Positions 39,709 through 50,782 of a DNA stretch of 64,000 nucleotides are shown piece after piece. This DNA comes from Pseudomonadales bacterium. GTDB lineage: Bacteria > Pseudomonadota > Gammaproteobacteria > Pseudomonadales > JAHRWD01. The notes beneath the pieces were generated by a model, which was given only the letters and a program-made list of their open reading frames with translations, was not told the origin of the DNA and searched no databases. Numbering within the stretch: position 1 is the first letter of the stretch; every line of letters starts with the position of its first letter. A program made the translations under genes and the position numbers. The stretch covers positions 105,008 to 169,007 of the forward strand of contig JARGPR010000007.1 of assembly GCA_029210125.1 (NCBI GenBank), read 5' to 3'.

Positions 39709-41580
39709 TTGAGTACAGGGCCAAATTTGTCTACCGTAAAAAACACTTTTCTTTATCTGCTATTGGCTTCGGTTACCTCGAATACTTTCGCAGAGATCAC
39801 CCATTCCCACGGGATCGCCCTTTACGGTGATCTTAAATACCCGGCTAATTTCACACATTTTGACTACGTAAACCCCGCTGCACCCAAGGGTGGCGATATT
39901 CGACTGATGTCGACAGGCAGTTTTGACACCCTAAACCCCTACACGCTTAAGGGCATAAGCCCGGCCAATACGCCTGGCATATATCATTTTGGGATTTCGG
40001 AGCTGAACGAAACCCTGTTGGTCGGCAGCGGTGGATACGGAAAATCCGGCGACGAACCCCAGTCCGCCTATGGTCTGATTGCGGAATCGGTGGAATACCC
40101 TGACGATCGCTCCTGGGTGATTTTCAATATCAACCCGAAGGCCAGATTCCACAATGGCGACCCGATCACCGCCGAAGATGTACTGTTCTCATTCAATACC
40201 TTAATGAAACAGGGTCATCCACGTTTTCAAAACCAGTACAAGGATGTAAGCAAGGTCGAGAAGCTTGCGGATTTGCGGGTCAAGTTTAGCTTTAATGCTA
40301 CGGACAACCGCAGCATGCCGTTAAGGGCCGGCGAGCTGCCGATACTGTCAAAGCGCTATTGGCAAGATCGGGATTTCACTAAAAATGGCATGGACGCACC
40401 ACTCGGTAGTGGGCCCTATCGCGTGGCTGAAGTAGATCCGGGGCGTATGATCCGCTTTGAACGGGTCAAGAATTACTGGGGTAACGATCTACCGGTGAAC
40501 CGTGGGCGCTTCAATTTTGATACAGTAGCCTATGATTTCTACCGGGATCTGACCGTCGCTTTTCAGGCTTTCAAAGCCCACGAGTACGATGCCCATTACG
40601 AATATATCTCCAGCAACTGGAAATCCGGGTACGATTTCCCGGCTCGCCAAAGTGGTGAAGTAAAACAGTTGGAGATTCGCCACCAGATTCCCGCCAATAT
40701 GCAGGCCTTCTTTTTTAATACCCGTCGTGAACTGTTTAAAGATGTGCGGGTTCGGCAGGCAATCGGCCTGATGTTTGACTTCGAATGGCTCAACCGCAGC
40801 CTGTTTGCCGACGCCTACACCCGCACCCAAAGCTATTTCGACAATACTGATCTCGCCTCCACAGGCACTCCCAAAGGAGCGGAACTGGCGCTGCTTGAGC
40901 CCTATCGGGATCAACTTCCTGCAAAACTGTTCACCGAACCCTTCAAACTTTCAAAAACAAAGGGTGACGGTAATTTGCGCCAGCAGCAACGGGCAGCACT
41001 CAAACTACTAGCTGAAGCTGGCTGGAAAATTCAAAATGGCAAGCTGATCCATCAAAAAACTGCTCAGCCGTTTAGCTTTACCCTGCTCTCGGATCAGCCC
41101 TCTTTTGCAAAAGTGCTGTTGCCCTTTAAAAAGAATCTTGAACGGATTGGAATAAACATGGTCATTCGTACCGTTGACCGCAGCCACTACAAACGGCAGC
41201 TTGACGGGTTTGATTTTGACATGACGGTTTTTGTGCTGGTGCAGTCCAGCTCCCCTGCCCATGAAATGCGAGAATATTTTCATTCGAGCCATGCGGATAT
41301 TAACGGCAACCGTAATTACGCCGGTATCAAAAACCCGGTGGTGGATGCATTGGTCGATCAGTTGATCGCCTCCAGCAATCGGACACAACTGGTAGAACGT
41401 GCCCGCGCGTTGGATCGGGTACTATTATGGAATCATTATGTGATTCCGCAATACCATATCAACTATCATAGGCTTGCGATCTGGGATCGGTTTGGCATTC
41501 CTAAAACCGTGCCCGATTATCGACTCGGTTTTGAGAACTGGTGGATCAAACCAACCAGCACCACCCTACCCGAGCAATAG
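39709..41580 (+). CDS. yejA: YejA-like peptide ABC substrate-binding protein (copy 1)
   Basis: HGIALYGDLKYPANFTHFDYVNPAAPKGG; family-5 SBP motifs; TTG start. Confidence 0.9.
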   Translation: MSTGPNLSTVKNTFLYLLLASVTSNTFAEITHSHGIALYGDLKYPANFTHFDYVNPAAPKGGDIRLMSTGSFDTLNPYTLKGISPANTPGIYHFGISELNETLLVGSGGYGKSGDEPQSAYGLIAESVEYPDDRSWVIFNINPKARFHNGDPITAEDVLFSFNTLMKQGHPRFQNQYKDVSKVEKLADLRVKFSFNATDNRSMPLRAGELPILSKRYWQDRDFTKNGMDAPLGSGPYRVAEVDPGRMIRFERVKNYWGNDLPVNRGRFNFDTVAYDFYRDLTVAFQAFKAHEYDAHYEYISSNWKSGYDFPARQSGEVKQLEIRHQIPANMQAFFFNTRRELFKDVRVRQAIGLMFDFEWLNRSLFADAYTRTQSYFDNTDLASTGTPKGAELALLEPYRDQLPAKLFTEPFKLSKTKGDGNLRQQQRAALKLLAEAGWKIQNGKLIHQKTAQPFSFTLLSDQPSFAKVLLPFKKNLERIGINMVIRTVDRSHYKRQLDGFDFDMTVFVLVQSSSPAHEMREYFHSSHADINGNRNYAGIKNPVVDALVDQLIASSNRTQLVERARALDRVLLWNHYVIPQYHINYHRLAIWDRFGIPKTVPDYRLGFENWWIKPTSTTLPEQ

Positions 41581-41607
41581 AAAAGCTAAAATGCAAAGGA
41601 AACACTT

Positions 41608-43521
41608 TTGAAGATGCTATTTTTTCGGCCTTCGACTAAACAATCGATTAAAAATACAACTCAGCTCATTCAGTCCCTATTGCGCATAACGGCATGGGCA
41701 TCGGCAGTCGCTACAACGGTTGCATACAGTACATTCGCCAGCGCAGATTCCAGCGTTACTCACCGCGGCCACGGCATCGCCATGCACGGCGAACCCAAAT
41801 ACCCCGCGGGTTTTAAACAGTTCGATTATGTTAATCCGAATGCACCCAAAGGTGGCTCGATTAAATTAGCCGTTAACAGCAGCGGAGGTTTTGATAGCCT
41901 GAATCCCTTCATATTTAAGGGCGTTTCCGCCGCAGGCATGGGCACCTATCTGTACGAAACGCTCACTCAACAATCGGAAGATGAAGCGTTTACCCAGTAT
42001 GGGCTGATTGCGGATTCAATCGAGTGGCCCGAGGACCGTTCATGGGTGATCTACCACATTAACCCCAAAGCGCGTTTTCATGATGGTCACGCTATTGATG
42101 CAGAGGATGTGGTGTATACCTTTGAGCTACTCACCCAAAAAGGCCACCCTTTTTACGCGAGTTATTATAAGCATGTAAAAAAGGTAGAGGCGATCAGCAA
42201 AGACAAAGTCAAATTCAGCTTTGAACCGGGAGACAACCGCGAGCTAGCATTAATTGTCGGTCAGCTTCCGGTGCTACCGAAACACTATTGGCAAACCCAC
42301 GATTTTTCCAAAACAACCCTGGTACCACCACTTGGTAGCGGCCCCTACAAAATCAGCCAGGTCGATCCCGGCCGTTCCATCACCTATCAACGTGTAAAAG
42401 AGTACTGGGGTAAAGAGCTCAACGTAAATGTTGGTCGTTACAATTTCGACCAGATCCACTTCGATTATTACCGTGATAACACCATTGCGCTCGAAGCATT
42501 CAAGGCTGGCGAATACGATTTCCGCCTCGAAAACACCTCCCGCAACTGGGCTACCGCCTACACTGGCCCCGCGGTTGATAAGGGTCAGATAATCAAAGAA
42601 TCGATCCGTCACTACAACCCCACCGGTATGCAGGGTTTTGTGATGAATAGCCGCCGCTGGCCCTTTACGGACCCTAAAGTGAGACAGGCACTGGCCTACG
42701 CCTTTGATTTTGAATGGACCAACAAACAACTTTTTTATGGTTCTTATACCCGTAATAACAGCTATTTCACCAACTCCGAGCTGGCCTCCAGTGGTTTACC
42801 CACGGGTGAGGAATTAAAACTGCTTGAGCCATTCCGTGATCAGTTACCACCTGAGCTGTTCACAACCGAATACCAGCCTCCAAAAACCGATGGCAGCGGC
42901 CGTATCCGTGGCAACCTGCGCACAGCAATCAAACTATTAAAGGAAGCTGGCTGGAAAATTGAAAACAAAAAGCTGATTGAAACCAAATCCGGAAAAGCCT
43001 TTGAATTCACTATTCTTCTGGCATCGGCGGATTTTCAGCGCGTAGTATTACCCTTTACTAAAAATCTGGAAAAACTTGGTATCAAGGCCGATATTCGGCT
43101 GATGGATACTCAACAGTATGTTAATCAGGTCCGTAGCTATGATTTCGATATGGTTGTGCACACCTATAGCCAATCGAGCTCACCGGGGAATGAGCAACAC
43201 AGTTTCTGGCACTCCAGTACTGTAAATACACCCAGTGGCCGCAATCTGGCAGGAGTGAATAACCCTGTAGTGGATCAGCTGGTTAAGCTGGTCATCAGCG
43301 CACCGGACCGGGAATCATTGATCACCCGCACCCGCGCCCTGGATCGTGTCTTGCTCTGGAACCATTACGTTATTCCACATTTTCATACCCAATCCTTTCG
43401 AGTCGCCTACTGGAACCGCTTTTCAAAATCTGACATCGCACCCCGCTATGCGCTGGGTTTTGATAACTGGTGGATCGATCCGGTCAAACAAAAAGCGCTT
43501 GATCAAGCCACTGGCCGATAA
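41608..43521 (+). CDS. yejA: YejA-like peptide ABC substrate-binding protein (copy 2)
   Basis: HGIAMHGEPKYPAGFKQFDYVNPNAPKGG; RALDRVLLWNHYVIP. True start may be further downstream. Confidence 0.9.
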   Translation: MKMLFFRPSTKQSIKNTTQLIQSLLRITAWASAVATTVAYSTFASADSSVTHRGHGIAMHGEPKYPAGFKQFDYVNPNAPKGGSIKLAVNSSGGFDSLNPFIFKGVSAAGMGTYLYETLTQQSEDEAFTQYGLIADSIEWPEDRSWVIYHINPKARFHDGHAIDAEDVVYTFELLTQKGHPFYASYYKHVKKVEAISKDKVKFSFEPGDNRELALIVGQLPVLPKHYWQTHDFSKTTLVPPLGSGPYKISQVDPGRSITYQRVKEYWGKELNVNVGRYNFDQIHFDYYRDNTIALEAFKAGEYDFRLENTSRNWATAYTGPAVDKGQIIKESIRHYNPTGMQGFVMNSRRWPFTDPKVRQALAYAFDFEWTNKQLFYGSYTRNNSYFTNSELASSGLPTGEELKLLEPFRDQLPPELFTTEYQPPKTDGSGRIRGNLRTAIKLLKEAGWKIENKKLIETKSGKAFEFTILLASADFQRVVLPFTKNLEKLGIKADIRLMDTQQYVNQVRSYDFDMVVHTYSQSSSPGNEQHSFWHSSTVNTPSGRNLAGVNNPVVDQLVKLVISAPDRESLITRTRALDRVLLWNHYVIPHFHTQSFRVAYWNRFSKSDIAPRYALGFDNWWIDPVKQKALDQATGR

Positions 43522-43533
43522 GTAGTACTCCCC

Positions 43534-44628
43534 ATGGCCGCCTATATTATCCGCCGCTTATTGCTGATGATTCCGACCCTGTTCGGCATCATGGTGCTGA
43601 ATTTTATTATTGTGCAGATTGCCCCCGGCGGTCCGGTTGAGCAGATGATCGCACAGCTTCAGGGTCATGAAACCGGGGCCGGTTCCCGTATTGCAGGCAA
43701 CTCCCAGTCCGAAGTCAGCAATTCATCTTCAAACTCAGGTGATAGCAGTTATCGGGGCGCCCAGGGGCTTGATCCCGAACTCATCGAACGTATCGAAAAA
43801 CTCTATGGTTTTGATAAACCCGCCCACGAACGTTTTTTTATTATGGTAAAAAATTACATCACCTTTGATTTTGGCGATAGCTTTTATCGTGATGCAAAGG
43901 TGATCGATCTTATCCTGGAAAAACTACCGGTTTCGATCTCGCTAGGCCTCTGGAGCACCTTGTTAATCTACCTGATCTCAATTCCATTAGGCATTAAAAA
44001 AGCAGTCACTAACGGTTCGGCATTTGATGTCTGGACCAGCTCGTTAATTATTATCGGCTTCGCCATCCCCGGTTTTCTATTTGCGATATTGCTAATTGTG
44101 GTATTTGCCGGCGGCAGCTATCTCGACTGGTTTCCACTACGAGGACTCACCTCCAGTAATTTTGATCAACTACCCTGGTATGAGCAGATACTCGATTATT
44201 TTTGGCATATTACCCTGCCGGTCATTTCGTTGGTGATTGGTGGATTCGCTACCCTCACCATGCTGACCAAGAACTCTTTTCTCGATGAGATCAACAAACA
44301 ATATGTGACGACTGCAAGAGCCAAAGGGCTAACCGAGCAACGGGTGTTATACGGCCACGTTTTTCGTAATGCGATGTTGATTATTATCTCAGGTGTTCCC
44401 GCAACCTTGGTGGGCATTTTATTTACCGGGTCACTTTTGATTGAGGTGATTTTCTCCCTCGATGGTCTGGGTTTGCTAGGTTTTGAATCGGCCCTTAATC
44501 GTGATTATGCGGTGGTATTTTCAAGCCTTTATATCTTCACATTGATGGGTTTGTTGCTGAAACTGATTGGTGATATCAGCTATATGCTCGTCGATCCCCG
44601 TATCGATTTTGAAAGTCGGGAGGGGTAG
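43534..44628 (+). CDS. yejB: Peptide ABC permease YejB
   Basis: [41 protein letters not shown]. Confidence 0.95.
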   Translation: MAAYIIRRLLLMIPTLFGIMVLNFIIVQIAPGGPVEQMIAQLQGHETGAGSRIAGNSQSEVSNSSSNSGDSSYRGAQGLDPELIERIEKLYGFDKPAHERFFIMVKNYITFDFGDSFYRDAKVIDLILEKLPVSISLGLWSTLLIYLISIPLGIKKAVTNGSAFDVWTSSLIIIGFAIPGFLFAILLIVVFAGGSYLDWFPLRGLTSSNFDQLPWYEQILDYFWHITLPVISLVIGGFATLTMLTKNSFLDEINKQYVTTARAKGLTEQRVLYGHVFRNAMLIIISGVPATLVGILFTGSLLIEVIFSLDGLGLLGFESALNRDYAVVFSSLYIFTLMGLLLKLIGDISYMLVDPRIDFESREG

Positions 44629-44631
44629 TTT

Positions 44632-45657
44632 TTGTTCGCCTTTAAAACCAACCCAATCAATCAGCGTCGTATCGCCAATTTCAGAAAGAATCGTCGTGGC
44701 ATCTGGTCACTGCGTATTTTTCTACTGCTATTTATCGGCTGTTTATTTGCCGAATGGATCGCCAACGACAAACCGATACTGGTAAGTTACGACGACCACT
44801 GGATGGTTCCGGTACTGGTTGAATACCCAGAAAGCGCCTTTGGCGGCGAGTTTGAAACAGAAGCAGATTACCGTGACCCCTATGTTGTTGAGCTGATTGA
44901 AGAGAAGGGCTGGATGTTATGGCCGCCTATTCGTTACAGCTACGACACTATTAATTACAATCTCGATAAACCAGCGCCGTCTCCACCTAGTAGCGCAAAT
45001 TTATTGGGCACAGATGATCAGGCCCGAGATGTACTGGCTCGGGTAATTTATGGCTTTCGTATTTCTGTATTGTTCGCACTCATACTGAGCATATTAAGCT
45101 CCATCATTGGTATTGCGGTGGGCGCGATTCAAGGATTCTATGGCGGCAAAATCGACCTGATTGGCCAGCGCGTGATCGAAGTATGGGGAGGTCTACCGGT
45201 ACTTTATCTGCTGATTATTCTCTCCAGTTTTGTGCAGCCCAGTTTCTGGTGGTTGCTGGGCGTGATGCTGCTATTTAACTGGATGACTCTGGTTGATCTG
45301 GTACGTGCAGAGTTCCTTCGCGGTCGTAATCTTGAATATGTGCGGGCGGCGCGGGCGCTTGGTTTAAGCAACCCACGCATCATGTATCGGCACATTTTAC
45401 CCAATGCGATGGTCTCTACCCTGACCTTTATGCCCTTTATATTGACCGGTGCTATCACCACCCTAACCGCCCTCGATTTTCTGGGATTTGGTCTACCGGT
45501 CGGCTCACCATCATTGGGCGAATTAGTCGCTCAGGGTAAAGCCAACCTGCAAGCTCCGTGGCTTGGTATCAGTGCATTTGTGGTTTTGGCATTAATGCTG
45601 ACACTACTGATTTTTATCGGGGAGGCAGCGCGAGATGCTTTTGATCCACGTAAATAA
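44632..45657 (+). CDS. yejE: Peptide ABC permease YejE
   Basis: LGTDDQARDVLARVIYGFR, RAEFLRGRNLEYVRAARALG. Confidence 0.95.
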   Translation: MFAFKTNPINQRRIANFRKNRRGIWSLRIFLLLFIGCLFAEWIANDKPILVSYDDHWMVPVLVEYPESAFGGEFETEADYRDPYVVELIEEKGWMLWPPIRYSYDTINYNLDKPAPSPPSSANLLGTDDQARDVLARVIYGFRISVLFALILSILSSIIGIAVGAIQGFYGGKIDLIGQRVIEVWGGLPVLYLLIILSSFVQPSFWWLLGVMLLFNWMTLVDLVRAEFLRGRNLEYVRAARALGLSNPRIMYRHILPNAMVSTLTFMPFILTGAITTLTALDFLGFGLPVGSPSLGELVAQGKANLQAPWLGISAFVVLALMLTLLIFIGEAARDAFDPRK

Positions 45658-45696
45658 ACTAGGCAATAAACTAGAAAGTAATCGGAATAAACCATC

Positions 45697-47286
45697 GTGA
45701 GCCAACCATTACTTTCTGTTAAAAACCTGTCGGTAAGCTTCACCGATGAAGCGCGCACAACCGCTGCGGTAAAGGGTATTTCGTTTGATCTGGAAGCGGG
45801 AAAAACACTCGCGCTAGTTGGTGAGAGTGGCTCGGGGAAATCGGTCTCCGCGCTATCGATTCTAAAACTACTACCCTACCCCCAGGCATCCCATCCATCG
45901 GGACAGATAATATTTAACGGTGAGGATATTCTTGCCGCGGATGAAAAACGCCTACGGCAAATTCGTGGCGGCCGCATCGGTATGATTTTTCAGGAACCGA
46001 TGACCTCCCTCAATCCGTTGCACAATATTGAACGTCAAATAAGCGAAGTACTTGAACTGCATCAAGCACTCAAGAGCAACCGCATTCAAGCCCGAATACT
46101 AGAACTGCTCGATATGGTGGGAATACCCAACCCGGCAGAGCGCCTTAAAGCATACCCACACGAGCTCTCCGGCGGCCAGCGACAGCGCGTGATGATCGCC
46201 ATGGCACTGGCTGCAGAACCGGATATTCTGATCGCCGATGAGCCCACCACCGCGCTGGATGTCACTATTCAGGCCCAAATTCTAGAACTTCTGCAACAGT
46301 TACAAAAAAAACTCGGCATGGCCATTCTATTGATCACCCATGATCTGGGAATCGTCCGTGAAGTAGCCGACAGTGTTTGCGTAATGCACCAGGGTGAGCT
46401 GGTTGAAAGCGGCACCTGCGAAGCTATTCTGCAATCACCCCGACACAGTTATACCCAGGAACTGATTAACGCCACGCCAAGCGGTGAGGCGGTACCCATA
46501 CCGGATACCGACGAGCCACTGGTTTGTGCAAAAAACCTGCGGGTATGGTTCCCGATAAAACGTGGGGTAATGCAAAAAACCGTTGACTATATTAAGGCGG
46601 TTGATGGTATCGATTTTGAATTACTTAAGGGTCGTACCCTAGGCATTGTTGGGGAAAGCGGTTCAGGAAAAACTACCCTGGGATTAGCCATTGCCCGACT
46701 GATTAATAGCGAAGGCGAAATTATTTTCGGACAGCAGCCGATTGATTCCCTCAATCAAAAAAACATGCGCCCCCTGCGACGTGATATTCAGATGGTATTC
46801 CAGGACCCCTACGGTAGCCTGAGTCCACGTATGTCGATTCGGCAAATCATCGATGAAGGGTTAGAAATCCACTCACAGAAAAACGCCAGGCAACGAAACC
46901 AACAGATCGAAAAAACCCTGCAGGAAGTAGGACTCAACCCCAATATCTGCGACCGTTATCCTCATGAATTTTCCGGTGGCCAACGACAGCGAATAGCGAT
47001 TGCCCGAGCACTGGTCTTACAGCCAAAATTGATTATTCTCGACGAACCCACCTCAGCATTAGACCGCAGCGTGCAGCGCCAAATTGTAAATCTACTGCGG
47101 GATTTGCAGCAGAAGTACCAGATCGGATATCTGTTTATCAGCCATGATTTATCGGTAGTGCGTGCGTTAAGTCATCACATTATTGTCATGAAAGATGGCA
47201 AAGTAGTGGAGCAAAACGATACTCGGAATATATTCACCACTCCCCAAAACCCTTATACCCAAGCACTCATCAAAGCCGCCTATTAA
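45697..47286 (+). CDS. yejF: Peptide ABC ATPase YejF (double ABC domain)
   Basis: Two GESGSGK Walker A motifs and two YPHE(L/F)SGGQRQR signatures. Confidence 0.95.
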   Translation: MSQPLLSVKNLSVSFTDEARTTAAVKGISFDLEAGKTLALVGESGSGKSVSALSILKLLPYPQASHPSGQIIFNGEDILAADEKRLRQIRGGRIGMIFQEPMTSLNPLHNIERQISEVLELHQALKSNRIQARILELLDMVGIPNPAERLKAYPHELSGGQRQRVMIAMALAAEPDILIADEPTTALDVTIQAQILELLQQLQKKLGMAILLITHDLGIVREVADSVCVMHQGELVESGTCEAILQSPRHSYTQELINATPSGEAVPIPDTDEPLVCAKNLRVWFPIKRGVMQKTVDYIKAVDGIDFELLKGRTLGIVGESGSGKTTLGLAIARLINSEGEIIFGQQPIDSLNQKNMRPLRRDIQMVFQDPYGSLSPRMSIRQIIDEGLEIHSQKNARQRNQQIEKTLQEVGLNPNICDRYPHEFSGGQRQRIAIARALVLQPKLIILDEPTSALDRSVQRQIVNLLRDLQQKYQIGYLFISHDLSVVRALSHHIIVMKDGKVVEQNDTRNIFTTPQNPYTQALIKAAY

Positions 47287-47288
47287 TT

Positions 47289-49283
47289 ATGAACACATCT
47301 AAAAACAGCACTACTGAAAACTCGCAGTCCGAGCAACCATCTACGACTGCCCAACATCGCACCCTGCAAACTGTATTAGGTGTTTTCATCGCGTTAGTGC
47401 TTAGCCTTTTCATCGCACTACCCTACGTCGTTGAACTCATTATTGTAGATATGCTGGAAAAGCAGGGCGCGGATCGCGTACTCATTAAAGACGTTGACCT
47501 CAACCTGTTTACCGGTAATTTTTCTATTCAGGGACTGGAGATCAGCACCAACAACCACCCTGCGTTAAAGATAGAACAGTTTAGTATTACGGTGCCTTAT
47601 TGGCAGGCACTCAGCAATAAAGCCACCATTGAAGATTTACTGCTACGTGATGCGGTTATTCCTGTCGTTCAACTTGAAGATGGCTCCATGGTTATCGGAC
47701 TGCCGATACCGACTGGGGACCAGCAGAGTACAGAGGCCTCGGATGAGCAACTCGCGTCAGCTACAGAGCAAGAGCAAGAGCAAGAGCAAGAATCAGGCTT
47801 TAATATCCAGGACTGGCAACTGTCACTTGAAAACCTGTTATTCAAAAATGTAACGGTTCAGTTGCATAGCCAGCAGCTGAACAACGCCTTCGAAATCAAA
47901 ACCTTTGAGCTTAAAAACCTGACCAGCTGGTCAGAGGCGGCTAGCCATTTAACACTTCTCGCGTCGATTACAAAGCTTGAAAATCCCTCAGATATCCAGA
48001 TTGAGGCCAACAATATCAGCCTGAAAACAGATCAAAAATTGATTTTCAGCCCTGAAACCAGTTTACCGATGATCGATCTATCCGGTGAGTTTTCCCTCGA
48101 ATCCTCTTCACTACAATACGAGCAGTTTTCAGTAAACACTCAGCTTGAAAACATTGCCCTGGAGTTACGCGCCGGTTACGACGACAACCGCCCCACGCCC
48201 ATAAACTGGCGCGTTGAAAAACTCCAGTTAACTCAACTCAACACTCAATTCAGCGATCAAAATGTAGAGCCACCCTTTTCTACTGATGTCGAAATCCAGT
48301 CCCTATTAGTTGAAAAAATTGACAATCAATCGCCGGACGAACCCACTACCATTTCACTTACAGGAAGTATTGATCAACACGCGACGGTCTCGCTTTCCGG
48401 CACCGCAACCCCGTTGGCAGACCAGATATCAGCGGATATGAAGGCGACCGTCACCTCGTTGGAGCTAGTACCAATGTCGCCCTATATCGAATCAGCCATC
48501 GAGTACCACACCCAAAGCGGGAAGCTTACTTTGGACACCGAAATAAAGATCAAAGAAAATCAACTTGATTCAAATGTAGGCATCACACTCAATAATATTA
48601 AGCTCGCACCCGCTAGCGATGAGGCCGCACAAAAACTCACCAAGCAACTCACCATGCCCCTCGACCTGATGCTTTCTGTTCTAAGGGATACCGACAACAA
48701 TGTACAGATTGATATACCGGTAAATGGCGATATCGATAAACCCGATTTTGACATCAACGACGTACTGGAACAGGCGGCTGCAAAAGCGACACAATACGCA
48801 GCACTTTCATTTCTCAAAAATGCTTTACAGCCCTATACAACCATGATTTCAGTGGCTGAATTTGCTTTTGACCAGGGCAAAGCGCTTACCGCTCTGAAGC
48901 TAGATCCCCTTTTGTTTCAACCTCAACAGGTAGAGCTGAGTGAAGATCAAACGAACTACCTCAGTAAAATAGCTGAATTGCTGCAACAACGACCGGAACT
49001 GCGCGTGCGATTCTGCGGTGTCGGTTATACCCCTATGATCTCCGTCACTGCAGATAAAGGCAAAAGTGAAGGTGATAACAGCAGCGAGAAAGCCAAAGAT
49101 GAAACCCAACAAAAAGAAAAAGCAGACGCGTTTAATCGAGCTAAACAGTTGGCTAACGTTACGAAAAATGAACTGATCAACCAACACGGAATTAGTGGCG
49201 ACCGGCTATTCAGCTGTCAACCTCGCACCGAACAAGCTAACGCCGAATCAACCGAAGATGCTCGGGTAGAGTTACTGCTTTAA
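47289..49283 (+). CDS. DUF748-domain (AsmA-like) protein with C-terminal OmpA-like region
   Basis: N-terminal TM, beta-rich body, LRDTDNNVQIDIPVNGDIDKPDF motif, QRPELRVRFCG. Confidence 0.75.
   Translation: MNTSKNSTTENSQSEQPSTTAQHRTLQTVLGVFIALVLSLFIALPYVVELIIVDMLEKQGADRVLIKDVDLNLFTGNFSIQGLEISTNNHPALKIEQFSITVPYWQALSNKATIEDLLLRDAVIPVVQLEDGSMVIGLPIPTGDQQSTEASDEQLASATEQEQEQEQESGFNIQDWQLSLENLLFKNVTVQLHSQQLNNAFEIKTFELKNLTSWSEAASHLTLLASITKLENPSDIQIEANNISLKTDQKLIFSPETSLPMIDLSGEFSLESSSLQYEQFSVNTQLENIALELRAGYDDNRPTPINWRVEKLQLTQLNTQFSDQNVEPPFSTDVEIQSLLVEKIDNQSPDEPTTISLTGSIDQHATVSLSGTATPLADQISADMKATVTSLELVPMSPYIESAIEYHTQSGKLTLDTEIKIKENQLDSNVGITLNNIKLAPASDEAAQKLTKQLTMPLDLMLSVLRDTDNNVQIDIPVNGDIDKPDFDINDVLEQAAAKATQYAALSFLKNALQPYTTMISVAEFAFDQGKALTALKLDPLLFQPQQVELSEDQTNYLSKIAELLQQRPELRVRFCGVGYTPMISVTADKGKSEGDNSSEKAKDETQQKEKADAFNRAKQLANVTKNELINQHGISGDRLFSCQPRTEQANAESTEDARVELLL
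47766..47789 (+). repeat. In-frame hexamer tandem repeat (GAGCAA)4 encoding EQEQEQEQ
   Basis: Read directly from the sequence. Confidence 0.85.
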
Positions 49284-49366
49284 CCGGATCAAACAAGACG
49301 CTTGAACCTGTGTATTAAACTGCACACATTACGAAACAATACTCGAAACCTGGAAATGCCAGCTCC

Positions 49367-50014
49367 ATGAAAAAACAGCAAGATACTCGTAACGTTCGAC
49401 GCGATTACCTTCACGGTCAACTCAGCAAAGAAAACCTCGATCAAGACCCGGTCCGTCAGTTTGGCCATTGGATGCACGACGCGGTTGAAGCTGAAATAAC
49501 AGATGCCACCTGCATGACACTTGCCACCTGTGGCGATGATGGTATGCCAGCTGCACGTATTGTATTGCTCAAACATCATGACGAGACCGGGTTCTGCTGG
49601 TATACGCACTACCAGAGCACCAAAGGTATTCAGCTACAACAGAACCCCAAAGCCAGCCTGCTGTTCTACTGGCGAGAAATGGATCGGCAGATTCGAATCA
49701 GCGGTGTTGTCGAAAAACTACCAGCAGAAACCTCAGATCATTATTTCGACAGCCGTCCCATAGAAAGCCGGATCGGCGCAATCGTGTCCCAGCAATCCCA
49801 ACCGATTAAATCCAGGCAAGCACTACTCCAACAAGTTGAGCAGCAAACCCAAAGCAGTGAAAACGCAGCCGTTAAAAGGCCAGATTATTGGGGCGGTTAC
49901 CGATTAAAACCGAGTGAATTTGAATTCTGGCAGGGACGAGAAGACCGTCTGCATGACCGGTTTCGTTACCTGAAAAATGATCACCACTGGAAAATAGAAC
50001 GCCTCGCTCCGTAA
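49367..50014 (+). CDS. pdxH: Pyridoxamine 5'-phosphate oxidase
   Basis: RRDY, ARIVLLK, SRIGAIVSQQS, EFWQGREDRLHDRF. Confidence 0.97.
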   Translation: MKKQQDTRNVRRDYLHGQLSKENLDQDPVRQFGHWMHDAVEAEITDATCMTLATCGDDGMPAARIVLLKHHDETGFCWYTHYQSTKGIQLQQNPKASLLFYWREMDRQIRISGVVEKLPAETSDHYFDSRPIESRIGAIVSQQSQPIKSRQALLQQVEQQTQSSENAAVKRPDYWGGYRLKPSEFEFWQGREDRLHDRFRYLKNDHHWKIERLAP

Positions 50015-50143
50015 ATCAAACGCTATAGTCACGAACAATTCTACTACTAACGACTCTAGCAGCCGAAAACCTGAATAAACCCTATTGCAGTAATGGGTTA
50101 ACAAAAAAATAGATTCAGAAAAACAACTTGCTTTCAAATTACG

Positions 50144-50596
50144 TTGTTGTTTAGACTGCCGCTTATGGAGTTCTTCCGCCGGATAAATCAACGAACATTG
50201 CTACTATGGAGTTTATTACTCTCCCTGTCGCTGCTTTGCGCACAGGGTGTAGGACTTCATGCTCATAGCGTGGGCCACGGCCATGACGAACGTCAGAATC
50301 ATATCGATGCGGCCGACTGGGTTGAGGATCACGCCTATATGGGTAAAGCCCATTTTGTTCACGACAGATCCCATAACGATCATCACGATGGCAGCGCGTC
50401 CGAAATCGACCTCAGTCCGAATGGTTTACTGAAGAACTTCCAAAACATTTTTGTTCTCGCTCTGATTGTTTTCTTTATAGCAGTCGTCACCTCCCTTTGT
50501 TCGAGGCATCTAATTCGCCGCAACAGGGAAAACGAATTCACCCCTCACAGATACTACACACTTTCCCCCCCTCTAAGAGCACCACCCCAGCACTAA
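50144..50596 (+). CDS. His-rich small membrane protein, CzcI-like
   Basis: Signal/TM, His clusters (HAHSVGHGH, HDRSHNDHH), second TM, C-terminal SPPLRAPP; upstream of the czcCBA-like genes. Start may be the ATG at 50165. Confidence 0.6.
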   Translation: MLFRLPLMEFFRRINQRTLLLWSLLLSLSLLCAQGVGLHAHSVGHGHDERQNHIDAADWVEDHAYMGKAHFVHDRSHNDHHDGSASEIDLSPNGLLKNFQNIFVLALIVFFIAVVTSLCSRHLIRRNRENEFTPHRYYTLSPPLRAPPQH

Positions 50597-50703
50597 ATCC
50601 TCTCCGTTCAGCCCCGGTTAACGTTATATCTAGCGTTCTACACCGGTTCGTTTTGTCATGTTTTTAGCCTGGCGAAAATTTATTGAATGATTTGACTTAA
50701 AGA

Positions 50704-50724
50704 AACCTCCCTTCAAGGAAGGTT
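50704..50724. promoter_or_regulatory. MerR-family-like dyad AACCTCCC-TTCAA-GGAAGGTT
   Basis: 7/8 inverted repeat ~60 bp upstream of the czcC-like start; resembles the CueR-type ACCTTCC...GGAAGGT box but the spacer is 2 bp shorter. Confidence 0.4.
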
Positions 50725-50782
50725 CTACAGGTCTGCTCACCTACTTTGGACAGTGCGTATCAAGCGCACACAAGGAGTTTTT

